A stretch of DNA of 64,000 bases from Mobula hypostoma (lineage: Eukaryota), in NCBI RefSeq assembly GCF_963921235.1, contig NC_086097.1, positions 153,700,001-153,764,000 of the forward strand. Direction: 5' to 3'. The notes beneath the pieces were generated by a model, which ran no database searches, was not told the DNA's origin, and worked only from the letters and a program-made list of their open reading frames with translations. Positions 49,396 through 62,933 of the stretch are shown here, in pieces. The translations under genes and the position numbers were made by a program. Each line of letters begins with the position of its first letter. The stretch's first letter is position 1.

Positions 49396-50804
49396 GTTCT
49401 ATTTGTCCTCATAGCTCTTAGCAGTCCATTTAAGGTGCCAAGACTGAATTATAGAACAGTGTTCAAACTTCATTCTCCCTCTTTGTCTCCCAATTCCAAA
49501 CTCATTCAATTTGCTTATTTGGAGAATCCCATTAATTGTCTGTCAAGTCCAGAGATAACATGATAGTACAGACTCTAGTTAATAAAGCAGTTTATAAGTT
49601 CCTTCTGTACTTCCTCTGTTCAACTAGAATTTCTGCTGTACCCATCAAACCGTCTGAGCCCCTGTTCCTTGTATGCCCAGAGCATACTGTTATTTTTTCC
49701 CTTTACTTACCTTATTTACAACATTTTTCAGTGGTATCTGTTGTGCAGTGACTCTTCAACATGCATTGCAGACAATGCAAGATAAGATACTTTGACCTTT
49801 ATTTATATCATATTCATGTTGTTACAGATGCTATCAGCCTTTTTAAGAGGTGAGGAAGCACATGCATGGAAATTCATGTAGGCTAACCCAGTCAATGTGA
49901 AAGACCTTAGATTAGTTAAGTTGTCCAAACTAAAGGACATTATGTTTGCTACTTGGAGGTTCTCTCCGATAGATAATCAAAACACATGTGGAGTGTAGAT
50001 AACTGATATGGCTATATGAATGGAGCCAATGCACAAACATAGGTTAGTATATGGATTACAAAAATGTTTAAAACCATAATTAAAAATCTAGAATAGGATC
50101 CATGCACTATTTTGACGTTACACATATAAAATGAGTAATTCTACTCTTCAATTTAAAAAAAGAAAATCCATTGTAAAGAGAGCACAGAATGCAATTATTT
50201 TGTCTGCTTGATGGATGTGATTATTTAAACATCAGAGCAGTGGGCTTTGAAGCTGTTTGGCATGCTGTAAAATTCGAGCATACATGTTCAGCTTGAAGGT
50301 GACTGGCATTTAAGCACAGGCAGCAGCTGTCACAGACATCATTGCAAGCAGCCCGGGAAAGGTTTCTTAATTTCCCATCCAGCAAAGCTTACCAGATTGA
50401 GGTGGCATCTGCAAAGCCTGCCTTGCCTTTTGTTTCTGCCAGTGTACATGTGTAAGGGATTTTGAGCAGGATAATTACCTTTTCAGATCACCCTGCCTTT
50501 TGAACTGTATCAATGGAATGTTTCAGCTCAGCGACGACTGCTGTTGGGTTCATGAACATGCTGTTCATTTTTTTTCCTTTCATCCCTTTAGCAAAGTTGG
50601 GACATGATTCTCTTCCCTCTCTGGTGGGTTTGCTACATTACAGTTAGTAGTTTAAAGGTCAATAGATACAGAATAATCAGCTGGCACACTTTAACGGATA
50701 AGATAGTAGAAGTGTGCATCCAGTCTATATCTAAAATGGGAAAAAAAAACTGTTTTACAATGTGAGCTTATCATTTGTTTCCAGCGTTGTCTGTTATTTA
50801 GGGT

Positions 50805-51700
50805 TTCTGTCATTCTGATTGGAAGTCTGTGTCCTGCGGTTTCCTGCAGAGAATGGTGTTGGGACCTTTGTTGAATGTTATATACAATATGGATGTGAAT
50901 TTGGGAGGAAAAGTTAATAAGTTTGCAGATGACATGAAAATTTGCGACATTGTGGATAGTGAGGAAAGTTGACCAAGGTTATAGATTGAATGGAAAGTTG
51001 AGAGGAGCTTAGTTAGATGGAAGTTAATATCAACAAGTGCAAAGAAATTTTGGGAAACCAAATATAGAGCAAATGATAGGGTGTGAAAAAGTGTTAATGA
51101 ACAAAGCCAACTTGGGTTTCAAGTCTTCATTTCCCTGAAAGTGGTAATCCAGTTGGATCTGGTGGTGAAGAAGGCATATGACATATTTATCTACATACAT
51201 CAGGACATAGAGTGTAAAGTTACAACTTCACAGAGCACTGTTAAGGCTGCATTTGGAGTATTGTATGCAACTCTGGTAGCCATGCCATAGGAAGGTTGGA
51301 TTTGTACTGGAGAAAGTGCTAAGAGATTCACCGGGATGTAGCCTGGACTGTAAGACTTTCTTTATCACCAAAAATTGGATAGTCTGCATTTCTTTTCTGT
51401 GAAATGAAGAAGGCTATTATGGCAACCAGATAGAAGTATATATGATTTTAAGCTATGGAGTGAGACAGGGTCCCATAATAGTGGTATCAAAAATATAAGG
51501 ACATAAATTCAAGGTGAGAAGAAGAGATTTTGTAAGGGATTTGATGGGAAAGTCTTTTACACAGAACTCACTGCTAGAGGTGGTGATGCAATCAGATACA
51601 ATCATATGGTTTAAGATACATTCAGGTAAAAGTTGGAATGTGAAAGGCTTAGAGATCTAGAAACCTAAGGTGGGCAAATATGATAGGACAGATGGGCAAA
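50805..51700 (+). mobile_element. Old CR1 fragment
   Basis: G.LQRMVLGP, NKFADDMKI and HLEYCMQLW motifs with many stops. Confidence 0.8.
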
Positions 51701-53529
51701 ATGCTGCTCCCAGGTACCCAGGAACATAGTAATAATTTGCAAAAAAAAAAATATGCTTTGCTGTCTGAGATCATTTACTTATTTGAGAATGGAATTGAAT
51801 GAAGAGAGTCATAAAGGGATCAGTATGAATTTCTCAGTATTGTTTTGTAAAATACTTAAGCAAACAGCAATCATGCCACTGAATTTCATGACATTTAGTT
51901 CATGATCCGTGAAACACAAATTTTATTTTGCAACTTTTTCATTATGTACTGTATTAAAAAAAAGTCCATAAGGCACATACTTTTGGCATGCATTTTAAAG
52001 AACCTAAGTAGATTTCTCAATAATCTCAACAGTTAGGATTTCAGCATCCAGTTTAACAATTAGGTAGCAATCTACAATCTTCTTGCTATAGACCTACATG
52101 TCATCATGAGTCTATACTGGTTTGTTCAATTTTGTGCAGTGTCATTAATGGTGAAGCAGCTTACAACACCGCCCAGAGGGACTCCTGCACTGGGATGCTT
52201 TAACTTCAACAACTATAAGGTATTTCTCCAACTACTGGGGGTTTTTTCTTCTCTTTGATACCTATTGTCCCATTCAATCAAGGATATTCATTCTTACCTC
52301 ACCTCTGGAAATCTGGTCTTTGATCTACAGAATATTTGGACCAAAGCTTTTATAAGAAATGGACCCAAGTGGTTCTGGTGAAACACAAGGTGTCCATCAA
52401 TGGACAGGCTGTTGGTAAGAAAGTGAAATTTAATATCGTATGAACAGCACTTCACTATTTTCTTTATTTTGCAATCAGGATATACTGAGGCAATTTTCTA
52501 GTGGTGGCTAGATAATATTTTTTTATTTTAAAAAAAAGCTCTTCCATGGTTTTGCATAAATTTGCTAAATTTTTACCCATCCTTCTGGCTCACAGAATGG
52601 AAGCTATATACCTGGCTTGTGGAATTAAGATTTTGATCTCCATTGAAAAAAGAAGGGGGCTCTTTTGGGGTACATTATCCTTCAAATGTTTAGAAGCGAC
52701 TCTTCTCTTTCAGACCCAGGCACTCACATTTTTATGCTTCTGACTTTGACCAGTTTTACAGGTCAGGAGCATCAACATTTTTCTGACCCTTTAAAACCTC
52801 CCCCACCTGTTCTGTAGTATCAGCATTGCCCCCACCCACCCCCGCCTCCAAAAAGTGGCAAAAGTTTCCTTCTGCTGGAATACCTTAGTTCAAAAACTAC
52901 TTTTTGAAATAAGGTAATATTTCAATAAGTGGAATTGAAATGAAAATGGAAAATGCTGGAAATATGCAACTCAAGCAGAACAAAAGAGAAGGAAACAGAA
53001 TATTTTACATGAATGATCTTTCATCAGATCTGATAGAACAGATAGAAATTTTCTATTCAGGATATCTAACCTCAGACAATATAATCTAAACATTAGAGAC
53101 TGGGTTATTAGAGTTTTCATCAGGTGAAGCCCCTCATCAAAGCTCTTTGTCAAATCTTCAGAAAAAGTTAATAAGATTTTGAGAGTCAATGTCAGTTTAG
53201 AATAGCAGTGAATATCAGAGGTTAGGTCAAATAGAAAAGAAGAAAATCTGATGAATAGATCACTCATTTATCACAAAGACAGTCAGTTGGCCAACCTGCC
53301 TTATAGTTCATTGCATTGTAAATCCAGAACTTGGACTGATAAGAGGTAAACCCTCAAAATCTCTATTATGGTAATTTGGTTAGAAAAAAAATCAATTCAT
53401 TCTGTTTTTTGTACATCATAATATGACTTGATTTCAAGGCATGAATTGTGGATTTTGGAATGGAAGAATACTTAGCAGTCATCTATCAGAAACCTCAGAC
53501 AACAGCAAGATGAACTATACATATAGAGC

Positions 53530-53716
53530 AAACCAGAGAAAATCTGCAGATGCTGGAAATCCAAGCAACGCACACAAAATGCTGGAGGAACTCAGCAGGT
53601 CAGGCAGCATCTATGGAAAAACATCCTGCCGAAGGGTTTCAGCCCAAAAAGTCACCTGTACTTTTTTTCCATAGATGCTGCCAGGCCTGCTGAGTTCCTC
53701 CAGTATTTTGTGTTAC
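53530..53716. mobile_element. Palindromic Penelope-derived short element
   Basis: Two inverted arms around CCTGCCGAAGGGTTTCAGCCCAAAAAGTC, a decayed hammerhead core. Confidence 0.85.
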
Positions 53717-55634
53717 ACATATGGAAACCAAGATTGAGTATGCAGGAAAATTCTACAGCATAGCTTTATTAGTTAAATTACTACAGGTACCTGGGTCTGA
53801 AATATTAATTCAGAGAACTTTGTGGAGCACAGTTGTACAGCTCGTAAAGCTGCTGCTTCACAGCTTCAAGCCTGAATTTGGGTGCTGACTACATGGAGTA
53901 GGCATGTTGTTCTGTAAAAGCATGGAGTTCTGCTGTGTGTTCTGGTTTCTGTTGTACTTCCCAAAGAAATGAGTTTGTAATGTAACTGGACACTGTAAAT
54001 TGCAAATGTGAGTGGTAGGATTTCCAATAAGCAGTTGGGAATTGAGGGAGAATAGGTTTCAGGGAAAATCAGTGGAGAAATATGATAGCTCTATAAGCTA
54101 GTATTGACTCAATTGGCTGAATTGCCTATTCCAAAGAGAAAAATGGAAATATGATCTCTGAGGAATTATTTAACAGTTGAGGGAGTTCCCTGCAAGGTCT
54201 TTCCAGAAATGATGTTTGGAAGCTTGTATATTTGCAGAGAATGGTAAAAATTTGGAAGTTTGGTACGAAAACAAAAATTTATGCTCATCAACTGTTCCTT
54301 CAAAATCTGAGAATGATAGATTATTGTTAAGAGTGCTTCACAAGAGTAAAATTTGAGAACATTGATGTCAAGCCAAGGTAAAGATTAAAATGAAGAGTTA
54401 AAAGTTCAGATAGTTTGGTAGTTTTTAAAGAGACACCTAAAGCAGAGCTGGGAAGACTTAGTTTGCTGTCTAGGTGACTGAAAGCAAGGCGCAAGTATCT
54501 GCATGGGTGAATATTTGAGAAATGCAGAGTTATAGATTGGGAAACTGTTACAGAAATAAGAAGCTGGAAAGCTACAGAAGGAATAGAATTTTGAAATTGA
54601 AGATTTTAAGCTTGTCCTGATTGGGAAGGACTATGAGCTATTGCAGATGAACCAAGGCTGATGTTAATGAATGAGCAGAAATCAATGTGGAAATGGAGAA
54701 GGGGAAGGGCAGTAAACTGAATGAGTTGAAAGAGGGAGGTTGGGAAGGAGCAGGGTGACCAGGGAAAATGTACCTGAAGATGATAAACGCAAAGATATGA
54801 ATTTTAGCATCAAATAAATGGGGTGCTAGTTCTGAAATTACAGCACAAACCTTAAGCAAAATGGAATTTTAATTTGTCTTGTAAAAGCAAGAGTAGGTCA
54901 ATTTGTACTAAAGCTTCCTGTGCCATTGTGTCACAGTTAACCAGCCATCTCCTCTAGTGTACCAGTTCAAAAAACACTCAATACCTGATCATTCAAAAAT
55001 TATAGATTAACAGAGGAGATTCCAGATGTTAGAAACTGGAGCAAAAAGCATACTGCTGAAGGTATTCGACATCTTGGAGGCAAAAGCATAGTTAACATTT
55101 TGTGTCGAGACTTTGCAACAGGAGGAATCAAAATTTATCTAGCTTATTTTTAGTTATCTTCAGTGATCTAGTAACCAGTCTCGTGGGGCAGAGAATTCCA
55201 AATATTCACCATAGTCTGGGAGAAGAAATTCCTGTACACTTCAGTTTTAAAATATCATCTCATTGTCTTTCAATGCCACAATTATTTTAAGATTAGCCCT
55301 TCCTTTAAAGTATCTGAGAGGAGAAGTTCTGATGAGTGTATTAGGCATGTGCATGTTTTATCCCTTTGTATAGCTTTAGGGCTCAGTATTAGTAGCCATT
55401 CTCTTGAAGCAGTTACAAGTCCAACATTAACGATCTGACTGTAAAATCCTGATATTCCATTACAGAGGTTCCCAACACTGCTAGATGCACTATATTTCAC
55501 ATGAGATTTTTAAGTGAGACTGCACTGTTCAACGTAGAAAAAATCTAATTTCATTTTAAAAGAACAGGCGTGTTCTTCTCCAGTCTTTAGAAAATATTTA
55601 TATTTCAGTTAACCTTACAATAGAGGGATAGAGA

Positions 55635-56030
55635 CATAAAATCATAGAGCAATATCACAGAAATCAGATCCTTTGGCCCATCTATTCCATGTTGACCTGT
55701 TTCTCTGCCTAGTCCCTTTGACCCGCACCAGGACTATAGCCCTCCATTCCCTTCTGATCCATGTTCCAATGCAAACTTCTTGTAAATGTTGCATATGAAC
55801 CCACATCAACCACTTCCACTAGCAGCTCGTTCCACACTTCCACCACCCTCTAGTTCTAGAATCATCCAAACTCAGTATCAAAAGCCTGCTTGTATTTACC
55901 TTACCTATACCCTTATAATTTTTTATACCCCTATCAAATCTCCCCTCATTCTCCTATGCTCCAAGAAATAACTTCATAACCTATTTAACCTTCCCTTATA
56001 ACTCAGGTCCTCAATTCCCAGCAATATTAT
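55635..56030 (-). mobile_element. Decayed CR1 3' end
   Basis: Minus-strand LEDLSYK.RLNR and RRMRGDLI.VYKI remnants plus 3' UTR. Confidence 0.75.
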
Positions 56031-57259
56031 GGCAAAAAAAGATATGGCTATATCAGGAATTCCCTGGGGTTTTCCAGTGGAGTTAAATTTGGGAGTTATG
56101 TTCATTGGTTATAAATAGAAGTATTATTGCTGCAGTAATGCTAGGCTTCAAGCTTTAATAATTATTGCAAATGAAAAGAAATTTTAGTTGTGCTCAGGTA
56201 ATGAGAAATCAGGCATGACTATGCACTTTTATATTGCTTATGCCTGGGCACCCAAAGGTAGATCCAGTAAACTGGGAGAGGCAGAGGGAAACATCAGGTA
56301 AAGTCCCAAAAGACTCCCAGAAGTGGTTGTCGGAGGAGATGAGAGCTGCGATCTGCAGAGTCTTAATGTTTTAGGAGAGAGGGAGGAGTGAGGTGCTAAG
56401 GAGTTTGTGTAAATTTGAAGAGCTAAAGAAGGCATAACAGGGTTGGATTTCTAGTGCTAAGGCATTGGAAGTATCTAATTGAAATTCCATTATGACTCAA
56501 ATTTACCCACAAGTGTTCTCTATTACCTGAATTCTAGAAATAAGCAACATTTAGATGCATACCACTGAAAATGTGACTAAATTTCAAGACCTTTGTCTCC
56601 TAGAAACACTTGAAGCCCCCAAAAAAGCAATGACATTTTATTTTTCTTTTTGTTTCATCTCATTTCAGCCCTTCTAACAAAAGGATGGACTTAACTACTG
56701 CTGTTTTCTGTTCTTTGTTCTGACATACAGCGTGAATGTAGGATGTAACAGCTGAGACTAGTGTGCTAGTTTTAAAATGCCTGTCTTGTAGCAGCCCATC
56801 AGCAAACCTATATATTATGTATTTCTCTGCTTTAATTAAATGAACAGCATCTCTATGAGATGATGTCACTTTCTGAATTTACAATTTGCTCACTTCATGC
56901 ATGATTGCAGAGTCCTTCTATAGCACCAGTCACCTTTTCACATCCCTATTTTAATTCAGCATCAGTGTTTGCAGACAGGAGTCTGAATATATTACCAGGA
57001 GAGATCCGAGGGAGGGGAAGAAAAGTAATCATCTTGCAAGCATTCCTCTCAAATGAGTGGATCTGCTCCTGAGCTTGGTCAAGCCAGTGATCCACGGTTA
57101 GATTAAACATAGATTAAGCTGGTAAAAGCCCTGGCTGTCTGCCTCTCTGGAGCAGCATTCTCCACACCTGGGGATTCTTGACTAAGGACCATATAATTTT
57201 TAGTACGTTTGATGTCTTCTTCATTGAGGGGCATAGCAGGGAAAGAGTATATGGGCAAT

Positions 57260-57455
57260 CCAGGTAATACCATTTTGTTGTGCAAGTTGTCCTTTGATTT
57301 CAACATTTAAGAGAAGTTTGCATAAAAACCTGGTATGGAGGGGTATGAAGGGCTATGATCAGGGTGCAGGTTGATGAGAGTCGGCAGAATAATAGTTCGG
57401 CATGGACTAGATGGGCTGAAGGGCCTGCTTCTGTGCTGTAGTGTTCTATGACTCC
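57260..57455 (+). mobile_element. CR1 extreme 3' end
   Basis: GGCATGGACTAGATGGGCTGAAGGGCCTGCTTCTGTGCTGTAGTGTTCTATGACTC. Confidence 0.8.
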
Positions 57456-58188
57456 ACAAGAAGTACTTGTGCAAGTCTTTCTTTCCTGTTAATTAGATTC
57501 CTTTTATAATGAAAGCTCTTGTACATGTTTTATGATTGTGAACTAATGTTATCTGTCCCTATTTTATGGAAAGCTATCTTGCCCACATTCAAATGTATCT
57601 GAAGTTAGTAATTAAACTGATGGAGGAAGTAAAGTAAAACTGATAGTAACGTTTGTGACACACTTTACTTGTTTTTGCCTTCACTTTTGAAGATATGGAA
57701 TTGTTTTTCTCTCCGACTTAACCACTAAAGGCAGATGTGACAAATTAATCAATTGTTATGTGGACACGGCCACATGCTTTTCTGCATGATGTGCGCACAA
57801 AGACACACACCGTTCTGAAATGTGCAGTAAGATCTCATCATCTTAGGTCTGTATTCTTTGCCAGAGTCTGTCTGGATATTTGAAATGAACTGGGCAAGAA
57901 GGAGACCAATCATTCCTGATTTCTTATGCTGCCTGTCACTCATGATAACTATTGAGAGGGATTATGGAATGACTTCAGAAAAAGAGCAAAATTCAAGTAA
58001 AATACCTATATTGACAAAGTTCATTTTCGTGAATCACTGAGATGATTCACCGATATTTTTCACAGAATTGCTCTTGTGTTATTGAGGGGCCCAGAACGAG
58101 ATTCTTATGATGAATAGCTTACTTCAAGATAAAAGTGTCTGTGGTGACTGTCTAAAGCCGAGCTACACAGAAGCTGTTTGGGGAAAAT

Positions 58189-58190
<2 letters not shown>

Positions 58191-58223
<33 letters not shown>
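58191..58223. repeat. (GT)16 microsatellite
   Basis: Read directly. Confidence 0.97.
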
Positions 58224-58226
<3 letters not shown>

Positions 58227-58924
58227 CCAAAAAATATTACTTTCCTGTCACAATCTTTTATACTACTTCAATATTAAGACAACAATAAATGAGTAATAAC
58301 AGTTTCAAATGCTATAATCACCAATGCAACTTTAATATTGCGAATATAGACAGGTAACTTTGCAGAATTACATATTTACAATGACAGCACATCCCAACTA
58401 GCAGAACCTCTATGAATATTCTCTACTGGTGTCTGTTCTAAGAGCCTAAACACCAGATTCCCAAAATATGCCCCTTTTGTTACAGTATTGAAGGATAGTT
58501 GCATGAATATACGACAAACCAGAAAATGAAGTGGAAAAAGATCTGTCCTGCACTATGCCTTAAATGGTGGGGATAGGCCTTTAAAATAATGGGAACATTC
58601 ATCTACTGTCTTCTACTACATAGCCTCAATGGGGCAGAATCAGAATGTCCTATTAAATTCTGTACAAGTTTTATTTTCTGAAGACTGGTTAACATTTTAG
58701 TTAGTACATAATTATCCTATTCTGAATGTCATAACTGTAGAATGATCCCTAACAGTTTCTTCTCTAGTGACCTGCCGCTTGACTGCTTTATCTGCTTTTT
58801 TTTTCATACAAGAGGTAAAGGTAATGAGGTTTGTGTAGCACAGAAAGCCAGAGATACTTGTCTGTTGATATAACATAAAGATTTTAGTTATTATCTTTAA
58901 TTATTTCTAGATGCTGAGATACAT

Positions 58925-59500
58925 TTTTGGATGCACTGGGTCATATCGGTGATACACCCTGGGGTTATCTGGTGTTCTGGGTCCTTCAGCATCAGACACT
59001 TTTGTCCAGATGACCCAGCCAGGGTTGATCAGGCCCTCGATAGGGTTCCAGCAGCACTGGTCTAAGGGTCACACCTCTAGATCCATAGCCATCTTGAGGC
59101 TGACTCAACAGCCTCTGTGACAGTCCTGATGACTCTTTGCAGCCCCCTTTAATACCAAGGAGAAAGTAGGTTCTGCAGAGCGAGTAGCCAGCAAAACCTC
59201 TACACCCTGCCTCAATAGGGTCACATCGTGCCCTCCACCTCTGTCTCTGGCACAACTCTACAGATGCTAGTATTTGGCTTTCTTACATTCAAATGCCTCC
59301 TCAATCTGGTCTTCCCAAGGAACTGTCAGTTCTACCATGACCACCTGCTTTCAAGTTTCTGACAGAATGACTATGTCAGGCCTCAGGGATGATGGTGCAA
59401 TGAAGTCAGTGAACTTTCATTATTTGCCCCAATTGACTATCAGTTGTCAGTCAGACATTGTGGTGAGCCAGAAGCACTGTGTATCATGGAGCCACTGAGT
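58925..59500 (-). mobile_element. Hero-like (R2-group, RLE) non-LTR retrotransposon 3' end
   Basis: LRPDIVILSET*KQVVMVELTVPWEDQIEEAFECKKAKY, PIEAGCRGF and SRWLWI motifs, followed by a short 3' UTR. Confidence 0.85.
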
Positions 59501-59799
59501 CACTCAGCATGGAAACCAGACCTGCAGACCATTGTTCTTGCATTTACAGTCAAGCTCCCATCCACCAAAATCCTACATTAGTCTAGACCAGAAGCAACTG
59601 AAAGTAGCCAATTAATCTCCAAATCATCATTCATGTGGGAGGAAACCAGGGCACCTAGGAGAAAATCACAGTAACAGGAAGAGCATGCAAACTCCACACG
59701 AACAGACATCTGATCAAGATGGCACCTGTGTACAACATTCCTTCAGTCAATATCTTCTGGATATGTCATGAAACCATACATTTCACTTTTTATGTCATT

Positions 59800-60645
59800 T
59801 ACATTTGTTTTTTTTTTGTGTTGAATGTAATCCTGGAACTGTTGGAGACTGTGATTTGCTGTTTGGAAATTGTTTGAGTGTTCCAGCACTCTGCAGTCTC
59901 CAAGAGAACCTCATGGAGGGCAGGCTAAGGGATGGCACGCGAGCCAATGTTTGACTCCACTTTGCCAATTAAGGCTTCCATTGTTCGCTGATAAAGCCAC
60001 AAGGGAGATCGAAACATCATGCGAATGCAAAAGTTTGGAGATCGTTTGGCTTTCCCGATGCTCTTCAGTCTCTGAGAGGATTCCAGGAGACAGAAGCAGC
60101 GTGCACAAATCTCATAGTGGACAGGCTTTGGTACGAGGTGCGAGCTGATGTTTGACTCCATTTCACTGATTAAAGCTTCTATTATGCACCGACTAAAGCG
60201 ACAAAGTAAATTGAAGCATTGTGGCGAGTGTGGAGAGTGAGCGCTGGCTGCCTGCCTTCAGATCACTCTGGTGCACTACCAGAGAGGGAAGAGCCTGCCA
60301 CTATCCCCAGAGATTGTTGTCCAGGTTTTCTGCATTTTGGATGTGGACTTGGACTGTAGACTTTTTTCAGTCTTCTGGTTTTTTTTTTTACATTCTGTGA
60401 TTTTCACCGAATCTTTCTTGTTTTTGTGTGGGGAGGAGGTTTTGGGGGTCAATGTTCCTGTTCTGTTTTGTTTTGTGCAGGAGGAGGGATTTGGGGGTTA
60501 ATGTGTTTGTTCTGTTTTTTTTTTTGGTGTGCTAGGGAGCATTTGGGGGTTGATGATCATGCTGCCTTTCTTTTCTTGGTTTCATGGCTACCCAGAGAAG
60601 TAGAATTTCAGAGTTGTATACTTCAATAATAAATAAATGAACCTT
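59800..60645 (+). mobile_element. Non-coding element with a Rex/Babar-like 3' tail
   Basis: GC-richer body, GT-rich tandem segments, then TTTCAGAGTTGTATAC...AATAAATGAACC; same layout as 48605-49395. Confidence 0.5.
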
Positions 60646-61249
60646 AACAGCTCAAGATTAGCAGGTTCTGGGGCTGTGAGGTTTAGATATTAACCATTCT
60701 GCCACTGTACATATCTCCGGGCTTAGGATTTGCATTAAATATTTTAGTTCAATATATTATACATATTATACAATATATTATAATTTCAGAACCTGTGGTC
60801 CTTTACTGCTGTACTGGTTTTAAATGTTCACTATTCAAAGGACTATATTTTTTCAATCCAAAGTAGAAGCTCACTTATCTATATGGAAATGTATTTGTCA
60901 TAATTTTGTGCATTCTCTTCAACTATTTGTACCTCTTTACATTTTTCTTCCAAACATGTGTTTATGATGATGTGATTTTTGTCATCAGTAACCCAGAGAA
61001 TGTGCTTTCACATCTCACCATTTAGTCAGTAATTAATGAGAATAATACAGGTAGTAACACAGATTCTTATAGTTTGCCTGTTATATAATCTTACCAGTTA
61101 ACATAGCTTCTTGTTTTAAAACACTTTGACCTTGCTAGTTATCTAATCTCTCAGTCATGTTATTGATTTTCCTTCACTTTCAAGTCCTTACATACAAACT
61201 TCAAAAAATTCCGCAAATGGTCTGTCATTTATAGATTTTGTTAATTATC

Positions 61250-61776
61250 ATTTATGAACAGCATAGTACAAGCCCTTTGGCACATGGGGTTGTGCCAACC
61301 TATATAAACATACTCAATGATCAGTCTAACCCTTCCCTCAGACACAACTAATAGTCACTTCTTTGAGATGGCCAACATGCAATCTTTTTCATCAATTTTA
61401 TATATTCTTGAAGATTAATCTCCCAACATTCTCTAGACGAAGAATTCCCAAGATTCAGCACCTCTTGTCAAAAGAAATATCTCTGCACATTGGTTTTTAA
61501 TGACCTGTCCCATATTTTGTAACTATATTGCTCCTTTTTGTGACTTTCCTATTAATAAGACTATCTCAACGTCTACCCTTAGAATTTTTATGTTTGAATA
61601 AGTCATCTTAATTCTTCTAAGTTTCCAAGGAGCACAATCTAAATTCACTGCCTCTCTAGGTAGAAAAACTCTCCCATCCTGTAATTAGCCAGGTGAATCT
61701 GTTTGAGCTGCCTCTGATGTTACTATATCCATTTTTATGGCATGGGGACTAAAACTGTGTACAGTGCTCTGCATGG
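61250..61776 (-). mobile_element. Old CR1 fragment(s), host of the LTR element
   Basis: Minus-strand EHCTQF*SP and RFTWL remnants plus a CR1-type 3' UTR. Confidence 0.6.
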
Positions 61777-62362
61777 TGTAACAACTGTGTAGTCCTATCT
61801 TGTGTGACTGGTCGCCGCACTCTTTATGAGAAAATCAACTTCCATTGTACAGCAAGGCCACCAGTAGCTCTAGGTATCGAAAGGAAGCAGTGATAAAAAA
61901 TACAGACTTCTGGAGATAAGTTTGTTTATAAAAATAGCAATACATGCAAAATATTTACATGAGTAAGAATAATTCAAAATTCCTACATTCTGTTGTGGTA
62001 GGAAACTTTTTGGTCACTGCTCGTCTGTTAAATGTACGGTAGCAAGGGCTGGAGATCTTGCACTGCAGAGCCAAAATTGTTCTCTACTATGAGGGACTTA
62101 AGAGACTCTGCAATGGGGCTAGTTAGAGGAATAACTCTGGCAACTGAAGTTTATTCTTCTAGGAAATCTAGTATTTCTACATCTTTTTTCTGTTCCTGTA
62201 ATGCCATTGCCTAAAATTACATTTGGCATTTTAACAACTTTTTTCTCTATGACATCCATTTTCTTTCAATGTAGGTTTTAATTAAACAAAAGTAAGTTTG
62301 AATAATATTATTTCAGTACTGTGTATACTGATCAGTGTGTTAGTGTTTATCTAATAAACTGC

Positions 62363-62380
62363 CTCCTGGCTGGCTTGCAA
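62363..62380 (-). promoter_or_regulatory. Primer-binding site for tRNA-Arg(ACG)
   Basis: Plus strand CTCCTGGCTGGCTTGCAA matches 16/18 of the vertebrate tRNA-Arg(ACG) 3' end CTCCTGGCTGGCTCGCCA and lies 7 nt from the LTR terminus. Confidence 0.8.
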
Positions 62381-62883
62381 AGTTTTATGTAACACCTGTG
62401 TAGTGCTGGTCTTATCTCGTGTGAGTAGTCGCCACACCCTTTATGAGAAAATCTACTTGCATACTATTACACTAGATACTGATAGATTATCAGAAAGGCT
62501 TGGTATTGAAAGGAGCAGTGAATAGAAAACACACACTTCCAGAGGTAAGTTTGTTTATTAAAATACCAATATATGGAAAATATTTACATGAGTAAGAACA
62601 ATTCAAAATTCCAACATTCTGTTTAGGTTCCAAATCTCAGATATCAATGAAAACCAAATTCCCTTTTAGTTAGAATTGGTGAGATTCATTAGAATAATCT
62701 TTATTACTCCAGTTTCTCCAACTAATTAGATCTAGTGTTATTCCCTATTTAGAGGTTTACTGACTAACCTTTCTTTTTTATTTATCCCTAGTTAGTTAGG
62801 AAAGTAATTGAATTACTACTTTAAGTATTATGGTTAACCTCAGTTTCAGTTCAGGTCAGTATATCTACAAATTCAAATTCAAT

Positions 62884-62890
<7 letters not shown>

Positions 62891-62916
<26 letters not shown>

Positions 62917-62933
62917 GCGCACACACACACACA
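62891..62933. repeat. (AC)n microsatellite, interrupted
   Basis: Read directly. Confidence 0.95.

Noticed and set aside
52298..52408. Resemblance of the minus-strand peptide to the WWOX/RDH segment DG...NHLG.F...CRS
   Set aside because: Spacing and identity are too poor for such a conserved gene, and no other SDR exons are seen, so no gene symbol was assigned.
6805..53716. Recurrent GCTGGAGGAACTCAGCAGG palindromes as a CRISPR-like array
   Set aside because: They are dispersed rather than regularly spaced, lie in a eukaryotic context, and are explained by Penelope-derived elements.
58960..59000. CTGATG...GAAC stem in the Hero-like 3' UTR as a hammerhead
   Set aside because: It lacks the CUGANGA and GAAA boxes and a stem II.
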